Shown here piece after piece: positions 60,348 to 64,000 of a DNA stretch of 64,000 nt. The translations under genes and the position numbers were made by a program. Position 1 is the stretch's first letter; each line of letters begins with the position of its first letter. Source of the DNA: an uncultured delta proteobacterium (GTDB lineage Bacteria; Desulfobacterota; Binatia; UBA9968); the NCBI GenBank assembly GCA_963760795.1, contig CAVXEP010000003.1:32001-96000 (forward strand), in the 5' to 3' direction. Under the pieces are notes generated by a model. The model was not told where the DNA came from. It saw only the letters and a program-made list of their open reading frames with translations, and ran no database searches.

Positions 60348-61450
60348 GTCTCGGCAAACCCGGTCCATTGAATATCTTGGTCGTCGACGATTCCGCCGTT
60401 GTTCGCGAGGTGATGACCGCGGTGTTGGCGCAAGAGCCAGGTTTCAGCGTGACCGTCGCCGGCGATCCGTTTATCGCCATGGGTAAGATGAAGCAAAAAC
60501 GGCCTGACGTCATAGTTCTCGATCTCGAGATGCCGCGCATGGACGGCCTGACTTTCCTGCGCAAGATCGTCCGCGAAGATCCCATTCCCGTGGTCATCTG
60601 TTCGGCGTTGACCGGACCCGACACCAGCATCGGTCTGCAAGCGCTCGAGGAGGGCGCCGTCGACGTCGTCACCAAACCGCGCTTAGGCGTCCGTGACTTT
60701 CTCCACGAATCGGCAGTGGTATTAATCGATGCCGTGCGCGCGGCGGCGCGCTCCGCTGGGCGAAAACCCATCGCGCCACCATTGGCCGCAACACCGCGGC
60801 TCAACGCCGACGCCATGCTCGCAGGGAAATCGGCCATGCCCTTGAGCATTATCTGCGAAAAAATCGTTGCCATCGGCGCCTCCACCGGTGGCACCGAAGC
60901 ACTAAAGTCGATCCTTGAAGCCATGCCACCGGACGCACCGGGACTGGTGGTCGTGCAACATATGCCGGAAGGGTTCACCGCCGCATTTGCCCAACGCTTG
61001 AACCAATCTTGCCGCATTGAAGTCAAGGAGGCTGCCAACGGCGACCGCGTCGCCACCGGACGCGCCCTGATCGCGCCGGGGAATCTCCACACCCTGGTGC
61101 GGCGGCACGGCGCTCAATATGTCGTCGAAGTCGTCGACGGCCCTTTGGTATCGCGCCACCGTCCTAGCGTCGACGTCCTATTCCGCTCCGTGGCGCAAAG
61201 TGCCGGCGCCAATGCCGTCGGTGTGATCATGACCGGCATGGGCAACGACGGCGCCGAAGGCCTTTTGGAAATGAAGCACGCCGGTGCGTGTACTCTCGCC
61301 CAAGACGAAGCCTCCTGCGTGGTTTTTGGCATGCCCAAGGAAGCGATCGAGCGCGGCGCGGTGGACCGGGTCGTGCATCTCTCCGGGATAGCCGCGGCGC
61401 TCTTAACCGGACCGCTAACCGACAAAGGGAAACTGTTAGGCCGGCGTTAA
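60344..61450 (+). CDS. cheB: Chemotaxis response regulator methylesterase CheB
   Basis: Receiver plus GASTGG, QHMP, HRPSVD, TGMGNDG. Confidence 0.96.
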   Translation: MSLGKPGPLNILVVDDSAVVREVMTAVLAQEPGFSVTVAGDPFIAMGKMKQKRPDVIVLDLEMPRMDGLTFLRKIVREDPIPVVICSALTGPDTSIGLQALEEGAVDVVTKPRLGVRDFLHESAVVLIDAVRAAARSAGRKPIAPPLAATPRLNADAMLAGKSAMPLSIICEKIVAIGASTGGTEALKSILEAMPPDAPGLVVVQHMPEGFTAAFAQRLNQSCRIEVKEAANGDRVATGRALIAPGNLHTLVRRHGAQYVVEVVDGPLVSRHRPSVDVLFRSVAQSAGANAVGVIMTGMGNDGAEGLLEMKHAGACTLAQDEASCVVFGMPKEAIERGAVDRVVHLSGIAAALLTGPLTDKGKLLGRR

Positions 61451-61553
61451 GCGCAGCGCACCGGAGCGAACGATACAGAGAAGCCATGGACAAAGATATT
61501 TATAAAGTCAGCCAATTGAATAAATGGGTCAATTTAGGAAGGAGAATAAATTC

Positions 61554-61937
61554 GTGAACAAAATAAAGGTTCTCGCCGTAGACGACTCCAAAACCATGCT
61601 CGCCATGCTTTCGGCACAGTTACGCGGCAGCAGTTTTGAAATCGTCGCCACCGCCAGCAGCGGCCCCGAGGCCGTGGAGAAATTTAAGGAGCTCAAACCA
61701 CAACTGGTATTACTCGATGTCGTCATGCCAGAAGTGACCGGCGTGGATACCCTCGAGCGCCTGCTCAATGTCGACACTAGCGCCTGCGTGGTGATGGTGA
61801 GCTCCATCGGCACCGAGGCGACGGTCCAGGATTGTCTTAAGAAAGGCGCCAAGAGCTTCCTGCAAAAACCGCTGCAGAAGGACAACATGTTGGCGCACTT
61901 GAAGAATGTCTGCCAGGAAGCCGGGGTGGAACTATGA
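61554..61937 (+). CDS. cheY: CheY-like response regulator
   Basis: VLAVDDS...LLDVVMP...VSS...FLQKP. AAGGAG RBS before GTG. Confidence 0.85.
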   Translation: MNKIKVLAVDDSKTMLAMLSAQLRGSSFEIVATASSGPEAVEKFKELKPQLVLLDVVMPEVTGVDTLERLLNVDTSACVVMVSSIGTEATVQDCLKKGAKSFLQKPLQKDNMLAHLKNVCQEAGVEL

Positions 61938-62791
61938 GCGCGAGATTTTTTGGGCAGTACCTTCTCGAGAAGGGCCGGATTACTTCGCAGCAGTTGCTCA
62001 CCGCTCTGGAGTTTCAAAAATCAATCTCGCTGCCGATCGGCACCCTGGCCATGGAACGGGGCTGGCTTACCGCGGCACAGATCAACGAAATTATCGCGCA
62101 ACAGAAACGCAAGACTTTGCGCTTTGGCGAACTGGCGCTTGAGTTGGGCTATTTGACGCAGGCACAGGTTGATGACCTTGTCCAAGTCCAAGAGACCAGT
62201 CATCGCGTGCGATTGGGCGAAGCGCTGGTGATCAGAGGGTTTCTGACCATGGAGGCTCTCGAACGCGAACTCAAGGAATACAACAAGGAAACCGAGAAAT
62301 TCTCGTCGGAAGTCAGCGCCGCGTTCGGCGCGCTCGCGCACAAAGACATCGTCAAGACTTTTACCGACTTGATGTTGATGATGTTCACTCGTTTCGGCAA
62401 GCAGGACATCATCATCGAACGCTGTGAGAGCGGTAAAGAGAAGGTGCGGCTTTTCCGGTGGGTGATCGCGCAAAAGATCGCCGGCGACAACGTCAATTTC
62501 AACTGTCTGTTGTCGGTGCCGCCCAAGCTGCTGCTTCAGATGGCCTCGACGATGCTGGACGACACCATCAGCACCGCCGACGAACTAGCTTTGGACGCGT
62601 CGAAAGAGTTCGTCAACATCGCCAATGGCAACGCCTGCGCCAAACTTTCCGAGGACGGTATCGAGCTCACCATGCTGCCACCGGAAGTCTACGAGACCAC
62701 CAGCAAGCCCTATCCCCTGCAGACCAAAGAAGTGGTCTGCGTCCATCTCGCGTCGCCGGATTCAAAGCTGGAGGTGGCCTTCGAGTTCTAG
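61934..62791 (+). CDS. MshEN-like repeat / CheX-CheC phosphatase-like fusion protein
   Basis: Four N-terminal (R)xGxx(L/A)xxxGx(L/I)T...Q motifs; C-terminal EFVNIANGN (ExxN). Confidence 0.75.
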   Translation: MSARFFGQYLLEKGRITSQQLLTALEFQKSISLPIGTLAMERGWLTAAQINEIIAQQKRKTLRFGELALELGYLTQAQVDDLVQVQETSHRVRLGEALVIRGFLTMEALERELKEYNKETEKFSSEVSAAFGALAHKDIVKTFTDLMLMMFTRFGKQDIIIERCESGKEKVRLFRWVIAQKIAGDNVNFNCLLSVPPKLLLQMASTMLDDTISTADELALDASKEFVNIANGNACAKLSEDGIELTMLPPEVYETTSKPYPLQTKEVVCVHLASPDSKLEVAFEF

Positions 62792-62866
62792 CCGATCGCG
62801 CCAGCGGACCGGCAGCGGATGGGCCACTGCGGAATTCTAATTAAGTTGCCAATCGACGAGGGGGGC

Positions 62867-63547
62867 TCAGCTGGGTTGGCAATTCGCCGACGGGCAGAAG
62901 CGGCTCAACAGACAACGTGAACAGGCCGGCCTGCGGGCAAAACATACGCGCCGTCCATGAATAATCAGCCGATGCGAAAAGTTAGTCCATTCCGCGGGTG
63001 GCAGGAGACGCGCCAGGTCGGATTCTATCTTCACCGGGTTCTGCTGCCGGGTTAGTCCCAAGCGGCGCGCCAAGCGGCGGCAGTGGGTATCGACGGCGAT
63101 CCCTGGCTCTCCAAAGGCATGGCCGCGAACCACATTGGCGGTCTTTCTACCGACACCGGCAAGCTTGATGAGCTCTGCCATCGCTGAAGGTACTTCACCG
63201 TGGTGGTCTGAGATCAACTGCCCGGCGCAGCGCTTAAGCGATTTGGCTTTGGCGCGAAACAGTCCGAGGGTGCGAATAGTAGACTCGATATCGGCTAAGG
63301 AAGCTTGCGAGAGCGAGCTGGGGTCGGGATAACGTGCGAATAAGTCCGGCGTGACTTTGTTCACTGCCGCATCGGTGCACTGAGCTGAGAGAATGACCGC
63401 GACCAGCAACTCAAAGTTGTTACGGTGTCTGAGCGGGCACTCAACCTCGCCGTAAAGACTCGCCAGGCCGGCAGCGATGGCAGCGGCGCGCTCGGCTTTT
63501 TTTTGCGCGGACTCTGGTCCGCGCGGCCGTGCTCTGGCGCTCGCCAC
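62867..63547 (-). CDS. nth: Endonuclease III
   Basis: LLVAVILSAQCTD, HhH LAGVGRKTANVV, AVDTH, 4Fe-4S motif C-x6-C-x2-C-x5-C. Start is uncertain. Confidence 0.93.
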   Translation of the reverse strand: MASARARPRGPESAQKKAERAAAIAAGLASLYGEVECPLRHRNNFELLVAVILSAQCTDAAVNKVTPDLFARYPDPSSLSQASLADIESTIRTLGLFRAKAKSLKRCAGQLISDHHGEVPSAMAELIKLAGVGRKTANVVRGHAFGEPGIAVDTHCRRLARRLGLTRQQNPVKIESDLARLLPPAEWTNFSHRLIIHGRRVCFARRPACSRCLLSRFCPSANCQPS

Positions 63548-63566
63548 AGCTGCGTTGGCGAGCCCT

Positions 63567-64000
<434 letters not shown>

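Overview
GC-rich bacterial chromosomal window. The gene content (NitT/TauT and Bug/TctC binding proteins, amidohydrolase, many sigma-54 promoters) resembles Candidatus Binatia/deltaproteobacteria-like genomes, which is an inference. It runs from a partial gap (GAPDH) on the left to nth and a partial eno on the right. Many single-base frameshifts look like long-read or assembly errors, alongside several apparently genuine truncated gene remnants. Positions ~1-25 kb form a stress/dormancy-type region: USPs, CBS proteins, SPFH, phosphoribosyltransferase, SHOCT, ferritin-like protein, CsbD, entericidin and tiny membrane proteins. Many of these have recognisable sigma-54 (-24/-12) promoters, and they surround a cytochrome c'-like lipoprotein, a CHASE-PAS-(FixL-like heme PAS) kinase and an NtrC-type activator. 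Next come a ~9 kb cyclic beta-1,2-glucan synthase, a CheB-CheR-PAS / PAS-kinase / NarL module, and a complete chemosensory operon ending in an MshEN-repeat-CheX-like gene. That operon is transcribed divergently from a coiled-coil protein and a single-domain KaiC-like ATPase. A probable eroded CRISPR repeat-spacer-repeat remnant lies at ~6.3 kb.
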